From a virus (taxonomy: Duplodnaviria; Caudoviricetes): a DNA stretch of 41,303 nucleotides. The stretch spans positions 1 to 41,303 of IMG/VR virus record IMGVR_UViG_3300035494_000238; one strand, given 5' to 3'. A program made the position numbers and the translations under genes. Shown piece after piece: positions 17,155 to 25,631 of the stretch. How positions within the stretch are numbered: position 1 is the first letter of the stretch; each line of letters starts with the position of its first letter. The notes below the pieces were generated by a model. That model ran no database searches. It was given only the letters and a program-made list of their open reading frames with translations, and was not told the DNA's origin.

Positions 17155-18615
17155 ATGGCGGTAATTAAAAAGCCGGAGATGCGCGAATTGAGCGCCAAAG
17201 CAAACGAGTTTTTAACATCCTACGTCGGCGAAATGGTCGCCAATGACGACGAAATCCTGCAACACTTGGGCGGGGATATTGAAGTGTACCAGCAAGTAGC
17301 GCGGGATGACCAAGTCAAAGCAACCTTTCAACAGCGCCGCGATGCGGTTATCGCAAGAGAGATAGAGGTCACCCCCGGCGGCGATGGTGCAAAAGAAAAG
17401 GCGGCGGCGGATTTTATCCGAGAGCAAATCGAAAGCGTCAACTTTGACGATGCGGTCAACAAAATGTTGTGGGGGGTGTTCTACGGCTACAGCGTCGCGG
17501 AATTTATGTGGGGTACGGATGGGCGATTCATCACTCTCGATGAAATAAAGGTGCGAGAGCGTCACCGTTTTGGGTTTGACGTTAAAGGGCGGCTCTACAA
17601 ACTAGACCGTGGCAACCCGCGTGGGCTTTTAATGCCTGAGCGCAAATTTTGGACGTTTAAGAGCGGTGGAGACCATAGTGACAACCCATATGGATTAGGC
17701 TTGGCGCATTACCTCTACTGGCTAACCTATTTTAAGCGCAATGGGCTTAAATTTTGGATGATCTTCCTTGAAAAGTTTGGCACACCGACCGTCACCGCAA
17801 AAGCGAACAGACAAGTAATCGACAACCCGATGGAGCGCGGTAAGTTGCTGGACGCTTTACAGGCGATACAGGTGGACGGCGCGGTCATTATTCCCGAAGG
17901 CGTGGAGATTGAACTGCTCGAAGCTGTGCGCGGTGGCGCATCCGACTACGATACGCTACAGGAACGCATGAACACCGCTATCAGCAAGATTGTGCTCAGT
18001 CAAACGATGACCACCGACAATGGCTCAAGCCGAAGTCAAAGCGAGGTGCATAAACTTGTGCGCGATGAGGTGGTCGAGTCTGACGCTTGGCTGGTGGATG
18101 ACAGTTTCAATAAGACCGCCGTCAAGTGGCTGACCGAATGGAATTTTGGCGAAGGGGTGCGCCCCCCGATTATCAGTCATGCCCGAAAGGAAGAAGAAGA
18201 CCTGACGCAAAAAGCGGAAATTGACACTAAGATTTATAGCCTCGGCTTTGAGCCAACCGAGGACTACATCAAGCAAACCTATGGCGAAGGCTGGGTGAAG
18301 CGCGTCGCGCCCCCTATGCCCCAATTTGCTGAGTTTGCCGATGCAGGCCTGGTCGGGGTTAAAAACGCATTGCACCGCTCGGACATGGATATTCTTGTCA
18401 AAAATGCCAAAGCCCTCGCGCAAAACTACGATGAAGCGGTAGGGGACAGAGTACGTCAATTAATGGCCTTGCTCGAAGACACCAAGGACTATGCCACGTT
18501 TGAGAAACACCTGATCGAGTTAATGGAAACCGCCCCGCCGGAAAAGAGCGTCACCGCCGTTGAAAAAGCCAACTTTGTGGCGCGGTTACTGGGAGCACTC
18601 CGGGGGCAAAGATGA
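17155..18615 (+). CDS. Portal protein, DUF935 / Mu gp29-like
   Basis: GVFYGYSVAE, NPYGLGLA, FLEKFGTP, ISKIVLSQTMTT, SEVH; likely start 17155. Confidence 0.92.
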   Translation: MAVIKKPEMRELSAKANEFLTSYVGEMVANDDEILQHLGGDIEVYQQVARDDQVKATFQQRRDAVIAREIEVTPGGDGAKEKAAADFIREQIESVNFDDAVNKMLWGVFYGYSVAEFMWGTDGRFITLDEIKVRERHRFGFDVKGRLYKLDRGNPRGLLMPERKFWTFKSGGDHSDNPYGLGLAHYLYWLTYFKRNGLKFWMIFLEKFGTPTVTAKANRQVIDNPMERGKLLDALQAIQVDGAVIIPEGVEIELLEAVRGGASDYDTLQERMNTAISKIVLSQTMTTDNGSSRSQSEVHKLVRDEVVESDAWLVDDSFNKTAVKWLTEWNFGEGVRPPIISHARKEEEDLTQKAEIDTKIYSLGFEPTEDYIKQTYGEGWVKRVAPPMPQFAEFADAGLVGVKNALHRSDMDILVKNAKALAQNYDEAVGDRVRQLMALLEDTKDYATFEKHLIELMETAPPEKSVTAVEKANFVARLLGALRGQR

Positions 18616-20237
18616 AAATCAATCTAGACAGCGTTTTCAATCTTGAGCCCGAACAGGCGGTCGGATTTTTTGCCGATAAGGGGCTAAAGCCGTCGTTTGA
18701 TTGGCGTGACATGGTCGGTCAAGAGCATGACACCGCCTTTACTGTCGCAAAAATGATGGATAACGACCTGCTGGAAACAACGCAAGGCTTGCTTAAACAG
18801 GCGATTAAAGACGGTCAATCTTTTGGCTCGTTTAAAGAGCAACTCATTCCCAAACTGGTTGAAAAGGGCTGGTGGGGGCGCGCCGAAATGCTCGACCCGC
18901 TCACAGGCATGGTGTCCGAGGTGCAACTGGGGAGCGTATCGCGCCTTGAAACGGTGTTTAGAACCAACCTGCAAAGCGCATACAGCGCGGGTAAGTGGGA
19001 GAGTATAGAGCGCAACGCCAAAACCTCCCCCTACTTGATGTACGTCGCCGTGGACGATAACCGCACAAGAGAGGAGCATGCCCGGTTCGATGAGCTGGTT
19101 TTGCGCTGGGATAACCCATTTTGGAAAACACATTACCCGCCAAACGGGTGGAACTGCCGATGCGGGGTGATTCAGTTGAGCGAACTCGAAGTCAAGGAAA
19201 TGGGGCTAAAGGTCGCAACAAACCCACCACCAATCAAGCAGAGCAAGTGGATTAACCCGCGAACCGGAAAAACACACACCATCCTCGATGGCACAGACCC
19301 CGGCTGGAATCACAACCCCGGCTTAATGCGGGAAGACACCTTGAGACAAGATTATTTAGATAAAATCAATGCCCTGCCGGAACACATGAAGCAATCCGCT
19401 ATCAAAGGGGATGCTTTAATGCATAGATTGATTAAAAACACTCGAAAAATTGAGACTGGTGGTATTATTAAAAACATGAACACACACGTTATCACCAGAC
19501 AGCAAGGTGTACTGTTTTCAACACAGCGCACCGATTGGGCACAATCAAAGCATGATGGCTTTATTCATGCTCAAGAGGAATTGGTCAAGGCACATCCGCA
19601 TTATTTGGCCGCGAAGGGCGGATCGTTTGAACATGCCGTTGATCTTTCAGCCGAGTTTCTTGACATTGAGGGTATTGAGCGCCGATATAAGAACCCTATT
19701 CTTTTACCAATAACAGCCGAAGAAAAACTGGGTAAAAACGCAATACCGCTAGGCATGGCCGCGTTAATTCAAGCGCAAACCAAGTGGGGCGTAGAAAACG
19801 GCATCTATCAAAGTAACAAGGCGGGGCATACTGGTGCAAATGGCTGGCATCGTTTAGTCAGTCATGCCACCTTTGAGGGTGAGGTCGTTTTAGGTGGGCA
19901 CTATGTTATTTTGGATGACTTTTTGGGCATGGGCGGCACGCTGGCTAGCTTGAAGTCATTTATTGAAGGCGCGGGTGCTAAAGTGGTCGGGTATGAAATA
20001 TTGACCGGTAAACTCGAATCCTCTAAACTTTACCTAAGAAAGCAAACACTCAACGATTTAAGGGAAAAACATGGACAATTTGAAGCCGAATTTAAGCAAC
20101 TCGTCGGGTTCGACTACAGCGGACTCAGCGAATCCGAAGCCCGATATTTACTCAGGGCTAAATCTATTGAACGACTCCGAAACCAAATCACTCGCGCAAT
20201 TTTTGAAAGATACGGTGAACAAGATGAACCGCGATAA
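18612..20237 (+). CDS. MuF (Mu gp30-like) minor head protein fused to C-terminal phosphoribosyltransferase-like domain
   Basis: AFTVAK, RLETVFRTNLQSAY, DNRTREEH, YPPNGWNCRC; C-terminal VILDDFLGMGGTL PRPP-binding motif. Confidence 0.9.
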   Translation: MKINLDSVFNLEPEQAVGFFADKGLKPSFDWRDMVGQEHDTAFTVAKMMDNDLLETTQGLLKQAIKDGQSFGSFKEQLIPKLVEKGWWGRAEMLDPLTGMVSEVQLGSVSRLETVFRTNLQSAYSAGKWESIERNAKTSPYLMYVAVDDNRTREEHARFDELVLRWDNPFWKTHYPPNGWNCRCGVIQLSELEVKEMGLKVATNPPPIKQSKWINPRTGKTHTILDGTDPGWNHNPGLMREDTLRQDYLDKINALPEHMKQSAIKGDALMHRLIKNTRKIETGGIIKNMNTHVITRQQGVLFSTQRTDWAQSKHDGFIHAQEELVKAHPHYLAAKGGSFEHAVDLSAEFLDIEGIERRYKNPILLPITAEEKLGKNAIPLGMAALIQAQTKWGVENGIYQSNKAGHTGANGWHRLVSHATFEGEVVLGGHYVILDDFLGMGGTLASLKSFIEGAGAKVVGYEILTGKLESSKLYLRKQTLNDLREKHGQFEAEFKQLVGFDYSGLSESEARYLLRAKSIERLRNQITRAIFERYGEQDEPR

Positions 20238-20262
20238 CAAGGTCGCACCGGTTCACTCTTAA
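20071..20262 (+). CDS. Overprinted 63-aa ORF in +1 frame over MuF-PRTase 3' end (candidate immunity protein)
   Basis: AAGGGA SD, ATG 20071; ends just before terminator. Confidence 0.4.
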   Translation: MDNLKPNLSNSSGSTTADSANPKPDIYSGLNLLNDSETKSLAQFLKDTVNKMNRDNKVAPVHS

Positions 20263-20286
20263 TTCCAGCTACACCCCTTCTTAATT

Positions 20287-20310
20287 AACCCGCCACCGTG
20301 CGGGTTTTTT
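20287..20310 (+). terminator. Rho-independent terminator
   Basis: AACCCGC-CACCGT-GCGGGTT followed by T-run. Confidence 0.8.
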
Positions 20311-20350
20311 CATTTTACCCCCTCCAATACCGCATCGCCGCTCCCGCCGG

Positions 20351-20393
20351 GGAAATAACACGCATTACACGCCAACGCCAAAACAAACAGAAT
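20351..20393 (+). promoter_or_regulatory. Putative late promoter 2 (head/tail): GGAAAT-N5-GCATTA-N20-CAGAAT
   Basis: Directly after a terminator and before protease gene; same motif and spacing as 13616 and 31554. Confidence 0.8.
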
Positions 20394-20417
20394 AAAGCCC
20401 AATGTAGGAGGTTAGGC

Positions 20418-21494
20418 ATGAAGCGGATGCAGATTTTTAAAACAGGGACACACACTAGCGCCAACGGCGTAACGCTGGAATTTAGTGAGGACATGGTCAA
20501 GCAGGCGGTGGCGGCATACGACCCGGCGCTATATGAAGCCCCCATTGTGGTCGGACACCCAAAAGACAACCATCCGGCATACGGCTGGATTGCGGGGGTG
20601 TATTTTAGCGATGGCGCGATTGAAGCCGAACCCCATCAACTAGACCCGGAATTTGAGGAAATGGTCAAGGCGGGGCGGTTTAAGAACCGTAGCGCGTCGT
20701 TTTACCATCCCGACAACCCAAATAACCCGAAACCGGGGGTGTATTACCTTCGACACGTCGGGTTTTTAGGCGCTCAACCCCCGGCGGTCAAAGGACTCAA
20801 GGCGGTCGAGTTTTCCGAAAGCGAGGGGGTGGTTGAGTTTTCCGAACCTATCGGTTCAAAACCCTCGCTTATCGCCCGACTAATGGCGCTTGTTTCGGAT
20901 TACAGCGATACAGACACAGGCGGGGCGGGTGGTAACGACAACCAAGGCAATCCTGACACCGGGGGCGCGAACGACAACCAAAACCAAGGAGATGACCAAG
21001 TGACCATCGATGAATTAAAGGCGCAACTTGCAGACGCGCAAACCAAGCTGGCAACGGCGGTAACGGAAAAAGACAGTCTGCAAGCAAAACTGGACGCAAC
21101 CACAACCGAATACTCGGAGTTTAAAAACAAGGCGCGTGAAGCCGAAATCAACGGCATTGTGGACGGCTTAGTCAAGCAAGGAAAACTCACCCCGGCGCAA
21201 AAGGGCATGGCGGTCGGCTTGTTTAAAAGCATGGATGCCAGCGCATCGGTTGAGTATGGTGAAGGCGATAACAAGACCACCAAAACACCGACTGAAGCGG
21301 TACTCGAACTTTTAAGCACCAAGCAGGCGGTCAACTTCGGCGAAGCCGGTGGGGATGATGGCAATGGCGCGGATGGCAAATTCGACATCGTCGGCATGGC
21401 TATCGAGTATCAAGAGGCGCAAGCGGCAAAAGGGATTTCCGTCACCACAACCGAGGCGGTTAATCACATTAAAAAACAGCAAGCAGTGGGGTAA
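20418..21494 (+). CDS. Mu I-like prohead protease with C-terminal scaffold
   Basis: IFKTGTH, APIVVGHP...PAYGW, GRFKNRSASFY, LRHVGFLGAQPPAVKGL; AGGAGG SD before ATG 20418. Confidence 0.92.
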   Translation: MKRMQIFKTGTHTSANGVTLEFSEDMVKQAVAAYDPALYEAPIVVGHPKDNHPAYGWIAGVYFSDGAIEAEPHQLDPEFEEMVKAGRFKNRSASFYHPDNPNNPKPGVYYLRHVGFLGAQPPAVKGLKAVEFSESEGVVEFSEPIGSKPSLIARLMALVSDYSDTDTGGAGGNDNQGNPDTGGANDNQNQGDDQVTIDELKAQLADAQTKLATAVTEKDSLQAKLDATTTEYSEFKNKAREAEINGIVDGLVKQGKLTPAQKGMAVGLFKSMDASASVEYGEGDNKTTKTPTEAVLELLSTKQAVNFGEAGGDDGNGADGKFDIVGMAIEYQEAQAAKGISVTTTEAVNHIKKQQAVG

Positions 21495-21499
21495 ATACA

Positions 21500-21853
21500 A
21501 TGCAAAACATGGGACTGATTAAAACATTCCAAACCGATGCGGCCATTGAGCCGCGAAAAGTAGTCACTTTTGGCGCGGGGGATCGCAAGGTCGTCAAAGC
21601 AGGCGCGGTAAACCAAGCCTTAATCGGCGTGACGAACGACATCGGTAGCGAGAAAACAGGGCGCGTGGACATCATTATGAGCGGCATCGTCCTCGTTACA
21701 GCGGGGGCGGCCATTACACGCGGCCAGCGCCTAACCGTAAACGCGGATGGCAATGTTGTGCCGTCCACCTTGGCAACCGACCGCATTCTCGGTATTAGCA
21801 TGGAAAGTGTCGATAGTGGCACGGTCGTGTCCGTAATGCTTGCGCAAGCCTAA
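21500..21853 (+). CDS. Capsid cement/decoration protein (DUF2190-like)
   Basis: IGVT...VDIIMSGIVLVTAGAAITRGQRLTVNADG; between protease and capsid. Confidence 0.8.
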   Translation: MQNMGLIKTFQTDAAIEPRKVVTFGAGDRKVVKAGAVNQALIGVTNDIGSEKTGRVDIIMSGIVLVTAGAAITRGQRLTVNADGNVVPSTLATDRILGISMESVDSGTVVSVMLAQA

Positions 21854-21883
21854 CTCAATTAAATAAGTATCTAGGAGAGAGAT

Positions 21884-22807
21884 ATGTCAGCGCCATTTAA
21901 AATCAACCCTACCTTGACAGCCATCGCGCAAGCTTACCGCAACAAAGCGATGGTCGCGGACTTGGTTATGCCACGTAAGCCTGTCGGTAATCAAGAATTC
22001 CGCTACATCGAATACAGCAAGTCAGACCGTTTCACCGTGCCGGATACGATGGTCGGGCGTACAGGTCGCCCATCTGAAATCACATTCGGTGCGAACGAGA
22101 AGACCGGCTCAACCGTGGACTATGGACTTGAAGCCCCAATCCCACAGCGCGATATTGATACAGCGAAGGATAGCGCCGGATATGACCCTAAAGGTCATCA
22201 CACTGAAATGGTCACCGAGTTAATCATTCTTGACCGCGAAAAACGCGTTGCAGACTTGGTGCATTCAGCCGCCAACTACGATGCAAACAACATCGAAAGC
22301 CTGAGCGGTACAAGCCTGTGGTCACATCCTGACAGTAAGCCGATTACCGACATCTTGGACGCGCTGGAAACCCCATTGATGCGCCCAAATATCGCCGTCA
22401 CAAACCGCAAGGTCATGCGCGTGTTACGTACACACCCTGAGTTGGTTAAGGCATACAACGGTACGCTGGGTGATGCCGGGTTGTTGCCTTTGTCGTTTTT
22501 GGAAGAGATGTTCGAGGTTAAATTTATCGTCGGGCAAAGCCAAATCAACACGGCCAGCCGTGGAAAACAGGCTGAGTACACCAACCTATGGCATGACAAG
22601 TTTGCGCTATTGCACATCAATCAAAATGCGCGCCCTGAAGGGGATGCAACATGGGGACTGACAGCCCAATGGGGTGAGCGCATGGGGTATGAAAAGTTTG
22701 ACGATTCAATCGGTTTACGCGGCGGCATTCGCATCAAAGTCGGCGAATCGGTGAACGAACTGGTCATCGCAAAGGATGCCGGATTCTTAATTAACGCCTG
22801 CATCTAA
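21884..22807 (+). CDS. Major capsid protein
   Basis: INPTLTAIAQAYRN...ADLVMP...LDREKRVA...DAGFLI; size and position. Confidence 0.88.
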   Translation: MSAPFKINPTLTAIAQAYRNKAMVADLVMPRKPVGNQEFRYIEYSKSDRFTVPDTMVGRTGRPSEITFGANEKTGSTVDYGLEAPIPQRDIDTAKDSAGYDPKGHHTEMVTELIILDREKRVADLVHSAANYDANNIESLSGTSLWSHPDSKPITDILDALETPLMRPNIAVTNRKVMRVLRTHPELVKAYNGTLGDAGLLPLSFLEEMFEVKFIVGQSQINTASRGKQAEYTNLWHDKFALLHINQNARPEGDATWGLTAQWGERMGYEKFDDSIGLRGGIRIKVGESVNELVIAKDAGFLINACI

Positions 22808-22822
22808 AAAAAAGGGGGGGGT

Positions 22823-23131
22823 ATGCCTGTAGTCACAACAACCCGCGTTAAGCATGATGGGACGCTTTACTTAAAAGGGGAGACTGTCCCCTTTAAGCAC
22901 GCGCAAGCCCTAAAAGATGCCGGTCTCGCGGAAGGCGAACTCGATGATCAAGCTAGCTTCGACATCGCGGCTATTGCACAAGCCATCTTGTCGTTAGACC
23001 CGGCGAACGAGGCCAACTTCACCCGCGAAAACGAGCCAAAACTTGAGGTATTGAGTGAGGTCGTCGGCTTCAAGGTATCAGGCGAAATGCGCGAAATGGC
23101 TGTGCGCTTGATTGATGGGGCGGCGGAATGA
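22823..23131 (+). CDS. Hypothetical head-associated protein
   Basis: VKHDGTLY..GETV and FTRENEPKLEVL patterns; position after capsid gene. Confidence 0.6.
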   Translation: MPVVTTTRVKHDGTLYLKGETVPFKHAQALKDAGLAEGELDDQASFDIAAIAQAILSLDPANEANFTRENEPKLEVLSEVVGFKVSGEMREMAVRLIDGAAE

Positions 23132-23529
23132 GCTACGCCAACCAGACAGACCTGATTAACCGATTCGGAGAGGCGGAGTTAATCCACCTCACCGATGATG
23201 GACGCACCGGCCAAATTGACACCGTCAAAGTCGATTCAGCCCTCGGCGATGCTACGGATTTAATCGATTCGTACATCGGGGCGATAGTTACAAAAGAGGT
23301 CGCCCTAACTCAGCCGATTTATAAAAACCTCGCTTGTAATATAGCGCGGTTTTTCTTGCACACCAAAAACGTGCCAGAAACGGTTGAACATCGCTATAAA
23401 GTGGCGATTGAGCAACTGGAGCGCATCGTCGCCAACGAAAAGGACGGTGCCGGGGTTGCGATGGGCGGCGGGGCGGTCGGGGTTGCGTCCGGTCGCTTGT
23501 TTACGCAAAGCAGTATGGATAGTTTTTGA
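23128..23529 (+). CDS. Head-tail adaptor, Mu gp36 / DUF1320-like
   Basis: MSYANQTDLINRFGEAELIHLTD...IDSYI...ACNIARFFL...RYKVAIEQL. Confidence 0.88.
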   Translation: MSYANQTDLINRFGEAELIHLTDDGRTGQIDTVKVDSALGDATDLIDSYIGAIVTKEVALTQPIYKNLACNIARFFLHTKNVPETVEHRYKVAIEQLERIVANEKDGAGVAMGGGAVGVASGRLFTQSSMDSF

Positions 23530-24035
23530 TGGAGCTCAAGACCACCAAACTACTCGAAAACAAATTGCAGGCTATAACGGATGCGATGGGGGCGGACGAC
23601 CTACTGCATGACATAGGCCGTGCGATTAGAACTCGCGTAGAGATGGGGTTCAGGAACACCACTGACCCATACGGAGATAAGTGGCAGTCGCTCAAGTATC
23701 GGTCGGGGCAACCTTTAAGCGATACCGGGCGATTACGCAACTCAATCAGCTACGAGGTGCAGGGCGATGCGCTGATTGTGGGAACAAACGTCTGCTACGC
23801 CATTGTGCATCAATTTGGTGCAACGGTGGAGGCTACAGGAAAAAAAGGGGTTGGCCTGTGCGGTGAAAGTCGAAAGGGCGCAAGCCTGCTGGCCTTCCCC
23901 ACCCCCGACGGCTGGATTCGGGCGAAGAAAGTCACGATACCGGCGCGCCCCATTTTCCCCGATTCACGCGGAATGCCCCCAGCTTGGGCGAAAGCGATAA
24001 AACAGCAAATAGAGCAAAGGTTTAAACAGCTATGA
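23526..24035 (+). CDS. Virion morphogenesis protein (Mu G / P2 S-like)
   Basis: DPYGDKW...LSDTGRLRNSI...VGTNVCYAIVHQFG...IPARP. Confidence 0.88.
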   Translation: MMELKTTKLLENKLQAITDAMGADDLLHDIGRAIRTRVEMGFRNTTDPYGDKWQSLKYRSGQPLSDTGRLRNSISYEVQGDALIVGTNVCYAIVHQFGATVEATGKKGVGLCGESRKGASLLAFPTPDGWIRAKKVTIPARPIFPDSRGMPPAWAKAIKQQIEQRFKQL

Positions 24036-24469
24036 CCACCCTAGCTGATATTCAAGACGCGATTATCGACACCTTGAAAGCTATGACAACCGACAACGGC
24101 GAATCGGTATTCATCGACGTTGAGCCTTGGGTATCAGGTGATGCGCGCGATGTTGAGAGCGCGAAAGGGATACGCGCCCCCTCAGCGTTTGTTGTCTTCT
24201 TGAGAGCGGACGAACTGGACACCGCTCAAGAGGTAACGCGATGGGGTGTGTTTACGATTACAGGGGGCGTAAGGGATAAGGCCGAACGCAACCGCCACGC
24301 CATGCAAACAGCCGAAAGTGTGGCGCAAACCCTGCGCAATAACCGCTTAGGGCTTAAAAAAATCACGTCCGTAAAAGCTTTGAGTATCGACAACTTACAC
24401 AGTGACAGCCTGGACCGCAATGGGATGGGGCTGTTCGGTATTAGCTTTGAAATTAAACGACATCAATAG
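24032..24469 (+). CDS. Tail terminator-like protein (Mu gp37-like)
   Basis: IQDAIIDTLK...APSAFV; position before tail tube. Confidence 0.65.
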   Translation: MTTLADIQDAIIDTLKAMTTDNGESVFIDVEPWVSGDARDVESAKGIRAPSAFVVFLRADELDTAQEVTRWGVFTITGGVRDKAERNRHAMQTAESVAQTLRNNRLGLKKITSVKALSIDNLHSDSLDRNGMGLFGISFEIKRHQ

Positions 24470-24479
24470 GAGATAACCC

Positions 24480-25217
24480 ATGTACAAGCAAATCGACCAA
24501 TCCTACATCGGAAAAGGGAAGGTTTATATAGAGCCGGTTGGCGGCGTGATGCGCTTTTTGAGCAACGCGTCATCTATGCAGTTGGCTATCAGCGAAGAAG
24601 AAAAAAAGCTACTGGACTACACGCAAATGGGGGGAGGTACACGCAACAGCTTATCGCGCATTAGTGAGATTAAGATCAATTTTGAGCTCACAGACATTAG
24701 CCCCGAAAACTTGGCGCTGGCGTTATCAGGCACGGTCGATGACGTTGCCGCCGGATTGGTAACCAGCGAACAGGTCACGGCGGTGGTGGGGGCGGTGTCG
24801 CCGCTTGCTTATATCGGTGCGACGGCGGTCGTAGTCAAGGATGAAACGGAGACCGAAACCTTTGTAGCAGGGACGGATTATGAGGTCACCGGCGCGGGAA
24901 TTGTGGCGCTTGAAGGCGGCATGATTGAGACCGGGGATAAACTCGTCGTGTCTTACAGTTACGGCGCGCAAAAGGCCGTGGAAGCCTTGACCGACGCGGC
25001 GCGTGAATATCGCATTGTGTTTGACGGCCTCAATGAAGCGCAAAGCGGATCGCCGCGTGTCGTCGAGTTTTATCGCATTAAATTCTCGCCCACATCCGGG
25101 CTAGGATACATCGGGGACGACTTCGACACCCTGAGCCTAAGCGCTACCGTATTGAGAGATACGACCAAGCCTGCTGGTAAGTCGGCCTACTTCCGCGATG
25201 TACAGGTAGCCCGATAA
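24480..25217 (+). CDS. Major tail tube protein
   Basis: SYIGKGKVY...ISPENLALAL...FDGLNEA...FDTLSLSATVLRD. Confidence 0.8.
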   Translation: MYKQIDQSYIGKGKVYIEPVGGVMRFLSNASSMQLAISEEEKKLLDYTQMGGGTRNSLSRISEIKINFELTDISPENLALALSGTVDDVAAGLVTSEQVTAVVGAVSPLAYIGATAVVVKDETETETFVAGTDYEVTGAGIVALEGGMIETGDKLVVSYSYGAQKAVEALTDAAREYRIVFDGLNEAQSGSPRVVEFYRIKFSPTSGLGYIGDDFDTLSLSATVLRDTTKPAGKSAYFRDVQVAR

Positions 25218-25532
25218 ATGAGAGTCACCATCGACACAAAAGAGGTCACGGTCAACGAACTGACCGTGGCGCAAGTGCGCGAACTGATTAACGAGGGGGC
25301 GGCGGGGGGCGGCGAAACCGACGTGGTCAACGCAACGTTAATCGACGGCGTGGATTTTAACCAATTGTTGAAAATGACCGACCTGACCGCTATCGAACTG
25401 GACGCGATGACCCCCTCCCAAATTCAGCAAGTCGCCGATGCCGCAAGGGAGGTGAACCGTCATTTTTTTACGCTGTGGGGGCGGATAATGGCGATAGCAA
25501 GCCAAACCCTGAGCAAGCCCTCAACCATCTAA
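25218..25532 (+). CDS. Tail assembly chaperone (G-like); -1 frameshift product extends to 25639
   Basis: Between tube and tape measure; T7 slippery run at 25463-25469. Confidence 0.82.
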   Translation: MRVTIDTKEVTVNELTVAQVRELINEGAAGGGETDVVNATLIDGVDFNQLLKMTDLTAIELDAMTPSQIQQVADAAREVNRHFFTLWGRIMAIASQTLSKPSTI

Positions 25533-25631
25533 ATAAATCGATTGCTCGATTGACACGCAACGGACACCCTCAAGCGATGACCTATCCTTGGGGGCTTTTT
25601 TTAGTCGCTATACAAGAGGCAAACACCGCTC

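Noticed and set aside
13280-24469. Transposable Mu-like phage
   Set aside because: No DDE transposase or MuB; O/P replication genes and a tyrosine integrase are present
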